Assembly: GCA_030765505.1 (NCBI GenBank)
Contig: JAVCCL010000026.1
Span: forward strand, 34,679-98,678
Length of the DNA: 64,000 nucleotides
Direction: 5' to 3'
DNA from: Candidatus Kaelpia imicola
GTDB taxonomy: Bacteria > Omnitrophota > Gorgyraeia > Kaelpiales > Kaelpiaceae
In this document: positions 29,178-38,973 of the stretch, in pieces
How the letters are laid out: each line of letters opens with the position of its first letter
Position numbering within the stretch: the first letter of the stretch is position 1
Notes under the pieces: model-generated
Told to the model about the DNA's origin: nothing
The model's database searches: none
The model's input: only the letters and a program-made list of their open reading frames with translations
Program-made: the position numbers and the translations under genes

Positions 29178-30220
29178 TGAGACTCTCTTTAAAGCTATTA
29201 ATTGCGCTATCTGTTACAATCTCTCTTTTCTATTTTTTACCTCGGGACTATATCAGGAAGACAGAGAGAATCGAATCCTACTTAAAGAACTACTTAGGTT
29301 GTTTCGGTATTGACAGTTATGCATTAAAAAAAGAGTCTAGAGAGATTTATAAAAAATCCGGCTCCAAATATCTAATAGTAGAGAGAGAGTACGAAGTGCC
29401 TCCTGATTTCCCTTTCTATGCATTTCGGGAAGAGCTCAAGAGCATATTGGAAAAAGAAGGTTTTTTTATAGAAAGAGATAGAACGTATAGTGAAGCAGGG
29501 TATAGAATAATTTTTAAAAAACTACCGCTGTATATCATCAGATTGGTTAAGAAAGATAGAGGCTATCTGGCTATAGTTCTTGATGACTTTGGATATGACA
29601 ACAAGACTCTCCACTACTTAAAAGAGATAGCAATACCTTTAAACATATCGATACTTCCCAGTCTGAAATATTCAAAGAGTGTAAGCCTCACAGCCAGCAA
29701 AAACGGCCATGAAGTACTTCTCCACCTGCCGATGGAACCAGTTAAAAGTAAAAAGATAGAGAGACACCTTGAGAAAAGTACGATTAAAAGCACGACCCCG
29801 GATGAAAAGATAATAGAGGAGCTGCACGGTTTTCTGAATGAACTAAGAGATGTTAAAGGGGTAAATAACCACATGGGTTCATCTCTATGTAGAGACAGAG
29901 GGAAGATGACTGTTATTTTAAAGATTCTCAAAGAGCGGGATCTCTACTTTTTGGATAGCCGTGTGGTGTCAGACTCTAAAGGTCCGGAGGTAGCAGAAAA
30001 ACTGAATTTAAAATGTTTTCAAAGAGATGTTTTTATAGACAATATTGAAAACAGCGAATATATTGAAAAACAGATCAGAGAGGCGATACGTCTGGCAAAA
30101 CGGAAAGGTTTTGCAATAGCAATAGGCCATGACAGAGAGAGAACACTTAAGACCATATTAAGCATGTTAACCGAGATAAAAGAGGATACCTACCCGATTA
30201 AGTTATCGGAGTTAAGATGA
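29177..30220 (+). CDS. divergent polysaccharide deacetylase family protein (YibQ-like)
   Basis: 347 aa. LAIVLDDFGY...HEVLLHLPMEP closely parallels the YibQ family motif (AIVIDDFGY...HEVLIHLPM). Confidence 0.75.
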   Translation: MRLSLKLLIALSVTISLFYFLPRDYIRKTERIESYLKNYLGCFGIDSYALKKESREIYKKSGSKYLIVEREYEVPPDFPFYAFREELKSILEKEGFFIERDRTYSEAGYRIIFKKLPLYIIRLVKKDRGYLAIVLDDFGYDNKTLHYLKEIAIPLNISILPSLKYSKSVSLTASKNGHEVLLHLPMEPVKSKKIERHLEKSTIKSTTPDEKIIEELHGFLNELRDVKGVNNHMGSSLCRDRGKMTVILKILKERDLYFLDSRVVSDSKGPEVAEKLNLKCFQRDVFIDNIENSEYIEKQIREAIRLAKRKGFAIAIGHDRERTLKTILSMLTEIKEDTYPIKLSELR

Positions 30221-31215
30221 GAATACTGGGAATAGAGACCTCATGCGATGAGACTTCAATAGCCATTGTCAAAGACGGCAGTATTGTAGAATCAAATATT
30301 GTAGCTTCCAGCATAGAACTGCATAAAAAATATGGGGGAATAGTACCTGAGATAGCAACACGTCACCACGTAGAGGTAATACTTCCTGTCTTAAAAGAGG
30401 CGCTCTCTGAATCAGGGATAGAGTTATCCAAAATAGACGTTCTGGCCGTTACACAAGGGCCGGGATTAATAGGCTCGCTTATGGTGGGTATCACATTTGC
30501 AAAATCTATCGCCTATGCTCTGGGGCTACCGCTAATACCGGTAGACCATATTTTAGCCCATCTATATTCACCCTACCTAAATCAAGCAGGCATAGAGTTT
30601 CCTTACTTAGGTCTTGCTGTTTCAGGCGGCCATACAAGCCTATTTGTAGTTAATGGTTTTTGCGATTTTAGACTAATCGGAAAGACTAGAGACGATGCCT
30701 TGGGTGAATCCTTTGATAAGGTTGCTAAGATGCTTGGGCTCGGTTTCCCCGGAGGCCCAGAGGTAGAGAGAAGGGCAGAGAGGGCAAAAAAAAGAGATAC
30801 TATCTTTACCCCGCCGAAAATAAGAGATGGTTACGACTTAAGCTATAGCGGTCTTAAGACCGCAGTGCTCTACCATCTAAAGAGACAGGAGAGACTTGAA
30901 GATTCTGATATTGATGAAGTATGTTATGGATTTCAGAAAGCAGCTTTAGAATCCCTGCTTTTCAAGGTAGAGCAGGCTTTGGCTGATTTTAAACTCAAGA
31001 GGGTTCTTGCCGGCGGAGGGGTCACAGCTAATAGCAGACTAAGAGAGTTACTGAAAAAATTAGAGGCAGATGTATATCTGGCTGATAAAAAATATTCATC
31101 AGACAATGCAGGAATGGTTGCAGGTCTTGCCTATCGACTGTATAATAAAGACAGAGAGATAGGCTTTGATTTAAATTTTGAACCTTATTCGATATTTGGA
31201 GAGAGATGGACTTAG
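30217..31215 (+). CDS. tsaD: tRNA N6-adenosine threonylcarbamoyltransferase
   Basis: 332 aa. MRILGIETSCDETSIAIV is the canonical Kae1/TsaD N-terminus. SGGV motif present. Confidence 0.9.
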   Translation: MRILGIETSCDETSIAIVKDGSIVESNIVASSIELHKKYGGIVPEIATRHHVEVILPVLKEALSESGIELSKIDVLAVTQGPGLIGSLMVGITFAKSIAYALGLPLIPVDHILAHLYSPYLNQAGIEFPYLGLAVSGGHTSLFVVNGFCDFRLIGKTRDDALGESFDKVAKMLGLGFPGGPEVERRAERAKKRDTIFTPPKIRDGYDLSYSGLKTAVLYHLKRQERLEDSDIDEVCYGFQKAALESLLFKVEQALADFKLKRVLAGGGVTANSRLRELLKKLEADVYLADKKYSSDNAGMVAGLAYRLYNKDREIGFDLNFEPYSIFGERWT

Positions 31216-31859
31216 CCGATATTTTTAAAATCTTGCTGGCATTGATACTCTCAGGGTTGATTGGTCTTGAGAGAGAACGGCACGGAAGAGCTGCTGGTTT
31301 CAGAACCCATATGCTGGTTGGAATAGGCTCTGCTCTGATGATGATCACATCAATAAATATGCACAGACTCTACGGTGCTCCTGCAGACCCATCCAGGATA
31401 GCAGCACAGGTTATAAGCGGAATAGGTTTTCTGGGGGCAGGAACAATAATACGTTTTAAAGCCTCAATACGCGGTTTAACTACGGCAGCATCTCTCTGGG
31501 CTGTTGCCGGAATAGGGCTTGCAGTAGGTTCCGGCGGATACAGCTCAGCAATAGTAACAACTGCGATAATTCTAGGAGTTCTTTTTCTACTGCCTGACTT
31601 TGAAAGAAATATTTTAAGAAGCCCCACTTTTAAAACTCTACAGATAGAAGGTTCAAAAGACTTAAAAATACTTCAGGAGGTTAGACTGATACTGGCTGAA
31701 TACAAGAGTGAGATAAAAGATTTCAGCATCAAGACTCTATCTGATCAGGAAGATAGCTGCTTGATAGAGCTTAACCTAAAGATGCTGGATAGATATGCTG
31801 AAGATATTAAAAACGATCTCATTAGGATAGCGGGTATAAAATCAATAAATTGGATCTAA
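31206..31859 (+). CDS. MgtC/SapB family membrane protein
   Basis: 217 aa. GLERERHGRAAGFRTHMLVGIGSALMM is the MgtC family signature. Confidence 0.8.
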   Translation: MDLADIFKILLALILSGLIGLERERHGRAAGFRTHMLVGIGSALMMITSINMHRLYGAPADPSRIAAQVISGIGFLGAGTIIRFKASIRGLTTAASLWAVAGIGLAVGSGGYSSAIVTTAIILGVLFLLPDFERNILRSPTFKTLQIEGSKDLKILQEVRLILAEYKSEIKDFSIKTLSDQEDSCLIELNLKMLDRYAEDIKNDLIRIAGIKSINWI

Positions 31860-31871
31860 AGGAGGTGTAAT

Positions 31872-32381
31872 GTGGCTGTCAAAAAGAGAAGCAATGAGAA
31901 AATTTTAGAAATCAACGCTACGATGCAGGGTGAACTCACTTTTAAAGACCCTGTAAACCTTACCATAAACGGAAATTTCCAAGGTAAGCTTAATACGAAG
32001 GGTGCGCTTTTAGTAGGAAAAGATGCCTATGTAGGCGCAGAGATAATCGGCGAGGATATTACGATTGCAGGTAAGATAGACGGGAATATAGTTGCCCAGA
32101 AAAGATTGACTCTAATACCGCCTGCCAATGTTAAAGGTGAAATTAAGACCCCTATCTTAATCGTAGAGGAGGGAGCGACATTAAACGGTGAGTGCATTAT
32201 GAAGTCTGAGATAACAAAATTTTTGACGCTTGAAGAGATGGCAACCTATCTTAAGATTGACAGAGAGACTCTTCTTAATTGGGTAGAAGATAATAAAATA
32301 CCTGTCATGAGAGAAGGCTCTAAATACCTCTTTGACAGAAAAGAGGTTGAGAACTGGCTTTCAAAAGAGAAGGTTTCTTAA
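31872..32381 (+). CDS. bactofilin-like polymerising domain fused to excisionase-type HTH DNA-binding domain
   Basis: 169 aa. Residues ~20-110 carry a beta-helical bactofilin-like repeat (KGALLVGKDAYVGAEIIGEDITIAGKIDGNIVAQK). Residues ~118-169 carry LTLEEMATYLKIDRETLLNWVEDNKIPVMREGSKYLFDRKEVENWL, an HTH_17/excisionase-like pattern. Confidence 0.65.
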   Translation: MAVKKRSNEKILEINATMQGELTFKDPVNLTINGNFQGKLNTKGALLVGKDAYVGAEIIGEDITIAGKIDGNIVAQKRLTLIPPANVKGEIKTPILIVEEGATLNGECIMKSEITKFLTLEEMATYLKIDRETLLNWVEDNKIPVMREGSKYLFDRKEVENWLSKEKVS

Positions 32382-32392
32382 CTTGAAAAACA

Positions 32393-32746
32393 ATGGATAA
32401 GCTTTTAACTCTTAGCGAGTCAGCCGCATTTCTCGGAGTTAGAGACGAAGTATTTCAGGATCTGATAGATCAGTATAAGATCCCGCACTATAAGATTGCC
32501 GGTAAGTTTATCCGCTTCTCACAACAAGAGCTTGAAAAGTACAGAGATACAGTTAAAAAGGGCGGAGGAGATAAAGATAGCAATAAGAGGAATGCGGCAG
32601 AGATAGAGAAGATAAGAGAGATTGAATATAAGAGAGAGAGCCTCTCTCCTGCTGTAAAAATCTCAGAGTTTCTTAAATTCAATGATTTCTATATATTGAG
32701 TCTAATAATAATCATAATGCTGCTGTTCTATATAATAAAATTCTAA
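32393..32746 (+). CDS. excisionase-family HTH domain protein with C-terminal TM helix
   Basis: 117 aa. The N-terminal LTLSESAAFLGVRDEVFQDLIDQYKIPHYKIAGKFIRFSQQELEKY is paralogous to the C-terminus of the upstream gene. The C-terminus is hydrophobic (FYILSLIIIIMLLFYIIKF). Confidence 0.55.
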   Translation: MDKLLTLSESAAFLGVRDEVFQDLIDQYKIPHYKIAGKFIRFSQQELEKYRDTVKKGGGDKDSNKRNAAEIEKIREIEYKRESLSPAVKISEFLKFNDFYILSLIIIIMLLFYIIKF

Positions 32747-32783
32747 CTATGCTAAAAGCAGAAGTTTATGGTATAATTAAAAA

Positions 32784-34448
32784 ATGAAAAGGTTGAGAAT
32801 AAAAGTTGTTATTTTTATTATTTTATTCTCTGGTTTACTCCTTTCAAAGATTTTTCTTGCAGAAGCAGAAGAGGTCTATCCAGAGTGGAAAATAAAGCTT
32901 GCCTATACTTTAAGTGCAAAAGGCAGTGATATTAAAATCCATGACCCGGAGTTAGCTAAAGAGTATTATGCCCGTGCAAAGAGGTTGTACCCCTTGGCAG
33001 TATCAGGGAAAGAGGAGATGAAAGTTGTAAAGAGTATAAAGTTAGAGAAGATCGCAGCAGTAGAAGTAAAAGAGAAGGTTGAGGTTAAGCAGAAATCTGG
33101 GAAAACAGAAGAGAAAAGCAGTAGACCTGAACTGTTGGCAAGAGAGGAGAAGAGGCCGTTAATAGAGGTTACAAAGAGAGAAGAAAAGTCTCTGCCTAAA
33201 ATAACTAAACCTACAGAGAAAAAATATAAAACTGAAGAATACAGCGATTATCCAGAGAGTGCAATAATAGCAGAATTTAAAAGCGTAGATGCGCGTAAGG
33301 TCTATGGGGCTGAAAAATTAGGTCCGACAGTGAATACGCTGCTTGACCCTTACTACATGAAGCATAAGAACTTCAGGATTCCTTACTATAAAGACCGCGA
33401 AGGATTAAAGATCCATCCCTGGATAGGCGTAAGAGGCGAATATAAATACGATGAGCAGAGAGTAGGGATAGAGAGCTTAATGATGGAGGCTCAGGAGTTT
33501 AATCAGAGAAGAAATGACCAGATACGGGACTACATATCAATCAACAAGAAAGAGTACTACAGGGAAGAGGTAATCTTACATATCAGAGAATGGCTTCCAA
33601 AGTTTACTTTTATAAACCATGAGGAGATTGTAAAGAGAACATGGGAAGCCAAAAAAATATGGTCTTCAAACAATAATACCTATTACGATAATCGCAACAA
33701 AAGGTATTACCAGCTTGAATATACCATTCCACGTCTTAAAAGAATAGGCTATCTAAAGTTAAAGCTGCGCTATGGTGATGAGCTATCTTACAGAACAAAC
33801 GACCCTGCTGCATACCTGCCTTACGAGTCTCATCTGGTGGGATTTGAGACTTCTCCTCATATCTCACGTCTTGGCAGATTGAAGATAAAGTTTGAGTATG
33901 AATATTGGAATGGGGAATACAAACAGGCTCAGAATCAAGGCTGGTCTGAGAGGGATGCCTGGGGGAGAGACTACTTACTAGAGTTTGAACTCTATAACCA
34001 GAAAAAATTCTTAAGGATTACCCCGCATTTTAACTGGAAGAAGGAGCAGCACTCTCCAAGCCATGACACCTGGTGGACAAAGAAGACAGGTTTAAAGCTG
34101 CAGAAAAATATAAATGGAAAGCTAAGTTATACAACAGACTGGACATATATTGATTATACCAGGACAAAGAGTCCGGAGACCTCATCTGCGCAGACTATAT
34201 CTACCTCCTGCTGGACTTGGGAAAACGAAATGGAGATCGAACTATTGCGGGACCTTAAACTTATAGTCGGACTTGACTATGGAAACGGACTGGGCTTTAG
34301 CGGATTCGACAATATAACCGGCAGAGGTGAGCTGATGCTTAGAAAACCGGGATTAATAGATCTACGTTTCGGCTATAGATATACAGATTATATTAACGTT
34401 AATGATAATGTAGATACGGTCTACTTTAAATTAGGGTTATTCATATGA
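32784..34448 (+). CDS. secreted protein, probable outer-membrane beta-barrel with Lys/Glu-rich linker
   Basis: 554 aa. Signal peptide and a K/E-rich low-complexity segment. The C-terminal ~350 aa has alternating aromatic beta-strand patterns. Confidence 0.5.
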   Translation: MKRLRIKVVIFIILFSGLLLSKIFLAEAEEVYPEWKIKLAYTLSAKGSDIKIHDPELAKEYYARAKRLYPLAVSGKEEMKVVKSIKLEKIAAVEVKEKVEVKQKSGKTEEKSSRPELLAREEKRPLIEVTKREEKSLPKITKPTEKKYKTEEYSDYPESAIIAEFKSVDARKVYGAEKLGPTVNTLLDPYYMKHKNFRIPYYKDREGLKIHPWIGVRGEYKYDEQRVGIESLMMEAQEFNQRRNDQIRDYISINKKEYYREEVILHIREWLPKFTFINHEEIVKRTWEAKKIWSSNNNTYYDNRNKRYYQLEYTIPRLKRIGYLKLKLRYGDELSYRTNDPAAYLPYESHLVGFETSPHISRLGRLKIKFEYEYWNGEYKQAQNQGWSERDAWGRDYLLEFELYNQKKFLRITPHFNWKKEQHSPSHDTWWTKKTGLKLQKNINGKLSYTTDWTYIDYTRTKSPETSSAQTISTSCWTWENEMEIELLRDLKLIVGLDYGNGLGFSGFDNITGRGELMLRKPGLIDLRFGYRYTDYINVNDNVDTVYFKLGLFI

Positions 34449-35026
34449 AGAGAATACTGCAATTATTAATTTTAATACTGATGCTTAGGCAGCCTCAGCT
34501 ATTCTGTGAATATTTAAAGATTGCTGATTTTGACAGAGGCGAAAAACCCAACCTTATCAGCGGTGATTATGGTTCCTGGAATAGGACAGAGCGGGACAGA
34601 ACGCAGTTCTGCAATGAGGATCTTACCACTGACCCCCAAATAGTTTACGGCGGACGAGGCTGTAGTCTCTCTCTCTATTACGATGTTGATTCGCCCAACC
34701 CTCCGGTATATAACGGATTCTGGATGCGTCTTGAGAGAATAGATTTAACGGTTTGGAAATACCTCTCTTTTTATGTAAAAGGTGATGAAGAGCATGGCTA
34801 CACTTCAGCCTTTGAAGTCCAAATTAAAAATATTCAAGGGAAGCTTGCATCCTTTAATATTGAGGGTGTAACATCCAAGTGGCAGCAGATAATAATACCG
34901 TTGAATAAGATGAACGAGGAGGCTGATTTCTCAGAGGCTTACGAGATGGTTATAGTGTTTGACGAGAGAGACGCAACCCGAAAAGAGGGAAGAATATTCC
35001 TGGACGAATTTTGCCTTTACAGATAA
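34445..35026 (+). CDS. hypothetical secreted protein
   Basis: 193 aa. Signal peptide. ATGA overlap with the upstream gene. Confidence 0.5.
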   Translation: MKRILQLLILILMLRQPQLFCEYLKIADFDRGEKPNLISGDYGSWNRTERDRTQFCNEDLTTDPQIVYGGRGCSLSLYYDVDSPNPPVYNGFWMRLERIDLTVWKYLSFYVKGDEEHGYTSAFEVQIKNIQGKLASFNIEGVTSKWQQIIIPLNKMNEEADFSEAYEMVIVFDERDATRKEGRIFLDEFCLYR

Positions 35027-35063
35027 AGTTTAAAATGCTAACCTACTTAAAAATGAAGAAGTT

Positions 35064-35534
35064 ATGAAGCCTTTATTAGTCTCTATAATCCTATTAACTG
35101 TTCTATTTAATTTCGGGTGTGGAAAAAACTACAGAACAGAAACAATAATCAGAGAGGAGGCTTTCAACTATCAAAAAATCGGAAGAGATGCTCAGAGCAA
35201 GAATGATTGGAATAAAGCCGTAAATTATTACAAAAAAGCAACCTACCTTGATCCTTACAATGCAAAGATATACAATGATATGGCTGTTATATACGAAAAA
35301 CAGAAACTATATGCTCTTGCTGAGGGTAGCTATAAAAAAGCAATAGAGGTAGATAAAGATTTCCTGGCTTCTTACTTTAATCTTGGGCGCTTATATGAGA
35401 AAATGGAGATGGTAGATGATGCACTTTTCTATTATAAGCAGAGAGTGAGATTGGCTCAAGAAGAAGATGACCCCTGGGTTTGGAAAGCAAAAAGTAGAAT
35501 AGGGTATTACGAATCTATAAATTCGGAGAAATAG
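35064..35534 (+). CDS. TPR-repeat lipoprotein
   Basis: 156 aa. Signal peptide ending FNFGC. TPR-like AxxYYxKAxxLDPxxAxxYNxxAxxY repeats. Confidence 0.7.
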   Translation: MKPLLVSIILLTVLFNFGCGKNYRTETIIREEAFNYQKIGRDAQSKNDWNKAVNYYKKATYLDPYNAKIYNDMAVIYEKQKLYALAEGSYKKAIEVDKDFLASYFNLGRLYEKMEMVDDALFYYKQRVRLAQEEDDPWVWKAKSRIGYYESINSEK

Positions 35535-35537
35535 AGA

Positions 35538-36332
35538 ATGAGAATAATTAAGACCTGCCTGCTCTCTATGATAGCATTAATCTTGTTGAGCAACCTAAGC
35601 TTTGGCGGTGATGATTTTATAAAAGAGTCCAGAGTTTACAGAAAGAAAGGCTATGAAGCACAGCAGTCTGGAGATATAGAGATGGCTCTGGTATACTACA
35701 GAAAAGCCGCTGCGTTGGACCCATTCTATGCTATACCCCATAATGATACAGGAATAATATATGAGATGAAGGGCTACTTAAATAAGGCCCAGGAGGCATA
35801 TCTAAAAGCAATTCAGATAAATCCTGAATTTGCAGAAGCACATATGAATCTTGCTTTGTTATATGAGCGTATAAATGAGATAGATAAAGCCTTGCCGCAT
35901 TTTATCAAGAGGGTTGAGCTAGATAGTAAGAACAGTTCCTGGGCAAGGAGGGCTTGGCAGAAACTTTGGAAATATGCCCCAGAGCAAGCAAGAGAGGTAG
36001 AAGCCAGAGTATTGGCACGTGAAGTGGCAAACAGAATGCAGGAGCAGAAAGAGACAAAAAAAGTACTTGCAGCTAAACATTATCAAAAAGGTATCTACTA
36101 CCTTAAGAAAGATCTTTATGAGAATGCCTACAACGAACTGAAGCAGGCGGTAATACTATTTCCGGACAATGAAAGTTATCAGAAGAACTACAGGAAGGCA
36201 GAGAGAAAGCACATTGTAAACCGGATCAGTATCTACTGCAAAAACGGAAGCGACTATATTGAATCAGGCGATTATGTAAAAGCCAAGCAGGAGTTAGAGA
36301 AGATTATCGAGTTGGTTCCCAGGCAAAATTAA
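35538..36332 (+). CDS. TPR-repeat protein
   Basis: 264 aa. Signal peptide and multiple TPR motifs (ALVYYRKAAALDP..., AYLKAIQINPEFAEAHMNLALLY). Confidence 0.7.
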   Translation: MRIIKTCLLSMIALILLSNLSFGGDDFIKESRVYRKKGYEAQQSGDIEMALVYYRKAAALDPFYAIPHNDTGIIYEMKGYLNKAQEAYLKAIQINPEFAEAHMNLALLYERINEIDKALPHFIKRVELDSKNSSWARRAWQKLWKYAPEQAREVEARVLAREVANRMQEQKETKKVLAAKHYQKGIYYLKKDLYENAYNELKQAVILFPDNESYQKNYRKAERKHIVNRISIYCKNGSDYIESGDYVKAKQELEKIIELVPRQN

Positions 36333-36356
36333 TTCTGATCTCATCGTTGTTAAAAT

Positions 36357-38957
36357 ATGAATCCTAAAACAATCTACTTAATTGACGGCAGTAATTATAT
36401 TTATAGGGCTTATTATGCGTTGCCTATGCTATCAAATTCCAAAGGGCTTCCGACAAATGCTATCTACGGTTTCTTAAGCATGCTGAGAAAGATAATAAAA
36501 GAGAAAAGTCCTGATTATATTGCGGTTGCATTTGACCATAAAAAACCAAGCTTCAGAAAAGATATCTATAAAGACTATAAGGCAACAAGGAGACCTACGC
36601 CGGAGGACTTGATAAGGCAGTTTCCAGCGCTAAAAGATGTTCTTAGAGCTTATAGGATAACTCTTTTTGAGATAGAAGGGTACGAAGCAGACGACATATT
36701 GGTAACGCTGGCAAAAAAAGCCAAAAGAGAAGGGCTGAAGTCTTACATAGTAAGCTCTGATAAAGATGTTATTCAGGCAATAGATGATAGTATAGAGGTG
36801 TATGAGCCCAAGAAAGATATCTACCTCGACGTAGATACAGTCAAAAAAGTCTATTCTATAACACCGGATATGTTTGCAGACTTTCTGGCTCTAAGAGGTG
36901 ATAAGACAGATAATATTCCTGGTGTTCCGGGAATCGGTGAGATAGCAGCTCAAAAATTGATATCTCGGTACGGTTCAGTAGAAGAGTTGCTGAAAAAGAC
37001 AGAGAGCCTGCCTGAGAAAACAAAAGAGATCATAAGAGAAAACAGAGATCAGCTTCTGCTGAGCAAAAAGCTCACTCTTCTTAAAAGTGATCTCGATTTT
37101 AAAGTAGATTTTAAGGCTATGGAGAAGACTATGCCTTGTTATGAAGAGTTGATACCTCAGCTTGAAAAGTTAGAGTTTAACAATCTGACAAAAGAGCTTC
37201 TTCTATCAGTAGATCCCTTGCGGCTGCCTGAATATAAGGAGATTAAAGATAATAGAGGGTTGTCGGCCTTGATTAAGAGTATAGAGTCTGAGAGATGTTT
37301 TAGTTTCTATATGGCGAAGGGAGAGAAGGAGGAGGTGGCCTATCTTTTAATATCCACGGCAAAATCTATATCAGTCATACCTCAAAACTTAATCAAAGAA
37401 AACAGAGAGAGTTTAAACAGTGTTTTTTCTGATTCCAGGATTGAAAAAATATCTTACGGGATGAAAGAGCTGTCCAAACAACTTAAAGATTATAATATCT
37501 CACTCAGAAGCCCCGGATTTGATGTCAGGATAGTCTCTTATCTGCTTAATCCATCCTGGCAAAAATATGAGTTGTTTAAGATAGTATTGAACTATCTTAA
37601 GAATGCTACCAACCTCTCAGCTCTTTTAATAAATACCGAGCAGAAAGGATATGATATTCTCAAAAAAAACATAGCAATAGTATATACGCTTAGAGAGCTC
37701 TATTCTCACTTAAAGAAAAGAATAAAAGAACTTGGTCTTAATAAACTATATTATGAAATAGAAGAACCGTTGATATTCTTACTTTCAAAGATGGAAGAGA
37801 GGGGTATAAATATAGACAGAGAGTACTTGGAGAACCTGCTTGAGGATTATAACAAGAGGTTATCTTCAATCACCAATGATATCTATGAAATAGCAGGAGA
37901 GAGATTTAATCTCAACTCTCCCAAACAACTTCGGGAAATTCTATATGATAAGCTCAATTTAAAGCCGGTCAAAAAGGGAAAGACCGGACCTTCAACAGAT
38001 GAAGAGTCGCTGCAGAAACTTAAATATCTCCATCCAATAGCAGAGCATATCCTTAAATTTCGTGAGCTGAGCAAAATAAGAAGCACTTACATAGAAGGGT
38101 TGCTTAAAAATATATCCGATGACGGCAAAATACATACTTCATTCAATCAGGCTATCACGCAGACAGGGCGCTTAAGTTGTTCTAAACCAAACCTGCAAAA
38201 TATCCCAATACGTTCTGACCTAGGTAAACAGATACGAGCTGCATTTATACCGCTTAAAGGTTATCTCTTCATATCTGCAGACTATTCTCAAATTGAACTA
38301 AGAATACTTGCCCATCTCTCAGGGGACGAAAATCTGATAAGATGTTTTAAGGAGAATAAGGATATCCACAAGCAGACTGCCTCGTTGATATTTGAAGCAG
38401 CAGAGAAGAATGTCACACCTAAGATGCGCTCTATGGCCAAGACAGTAAATTTTGGTATCATATACGGAATCTCTCCTTATGGGCTTTCAAAACAACTAAA
38501 TGCCAGTATTGACGAAGCTTCTGATTTTATAGATGCCTATTTTAAGCTCTATCCCGGCGTTAGAAGGTATATTCAGCGTGAGATAAAAAAAGCTCGCAAA
38601 TCCAACTCTACAGAGACGCTATTTAAAAGAATACGTTATATACCGGAAATAAACTCGGATATTGTCAATATACGCGAATTTGGGGAGAGAGTAGCGATAA
38701 ATACCCCTATTCAGGGTAGTTCGGCCGATCTCATAAAGAAAGTTATGTTAAAGATCCAAGAAAAAATAGATGGAGAGAGAGTAGATGCCAGACTTCTTCT
38801 TCAGATACATGATGAATTACTCTATGAAGTCAGAGAAGAGGATTTAGAGAGAGCTTATAATATCATACAAGATAGCATGGAAAACATTCTCACTCTCGAT
38901 ATCCCGTTAAAAGTAAACATATCAACAGGCTCTACCTGGCTGGAGCTTAAAGGCTGA
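36357..38957 (+). CDS. polA: DNA polymerase I
   Basis: 866 aa. 5'-3' exonuclease N-terminus (LIDGSNYIYRAYYA). Polymerase motifs RRxAKxVNFGIIYG and QIHDELLYEV. Confidence 0.95.
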   Translation: MNPKTIYLIDGSNYIYRAYYALPMLSNSKGLPTNAIYGFLSMLRKIIKEKSPDYIAVAFDHKKPSFRKDIYKDYKATRRPTPEDLIRQFPALKDVLRAYRITLFEIEGYEADDILVTLAKKAKREGLKSYIVSSDKDVIQAIDDSIEVYEPKKDIYLDVDTVKKVYSITPDMFADFLALRGDKTDNIPGVPGIGEIAAQKLISRYGSVEELLKKTESLPEKTKEIIRENRDQLLLSKKLTLLKSDLDFKVDFKAMEKTMPCYEELIPQLEKLEFNNLTKELLLSVDPLRLPEYKEIKDNRGLSALIKSIESERCFSFYMAKGEKEEVAYLLISTAKSISVIPQNLIKENRESLNSVFSDSRIEKISYGMKELSKQLKDYNISLRSPGFDVRIVSYLLNPSWQKYELFKIVLNYLKNATNLSALLINTEQKGYDILKKNIAIVYTLRELYSHLKKRIKELGLNKLYYEIEEPLIFLLSKMEERGINIDREYLENLLEDYNKRLSSITNDIYEIAGERFNLNSPKQLREILYDKLNLKPVKKGKTGPSTDEESLQKLKYLHPIAEHILKFRELSKIRSTYIEGLLKNISDDGKIHTSFNQAITQTGRLSCSKPNLQNIPIRSDLGKQIRAAFIPLKGYLFISADYSQIELRILAHLSGDENLIRCFKENKDIHKQTASLIFEAAEKNVTPKMRSMAKTVNFGIIYGISPYGLSKQLNASIDEASDFIDAYFKLYPGVRRYIQREIKKARKSNSTETLFKRIRYIPEINSDIVNIREFGERVAINTPIQGSSADLIKKVMLKIQEKIDGERVDARLLLQIHDELLYEVREEDLERAYNIIQDSMENILTLDIPLKVNISTGSTWLELKG

Positions 38958-38973
38958 ATCTGAAGGGAAAAAT

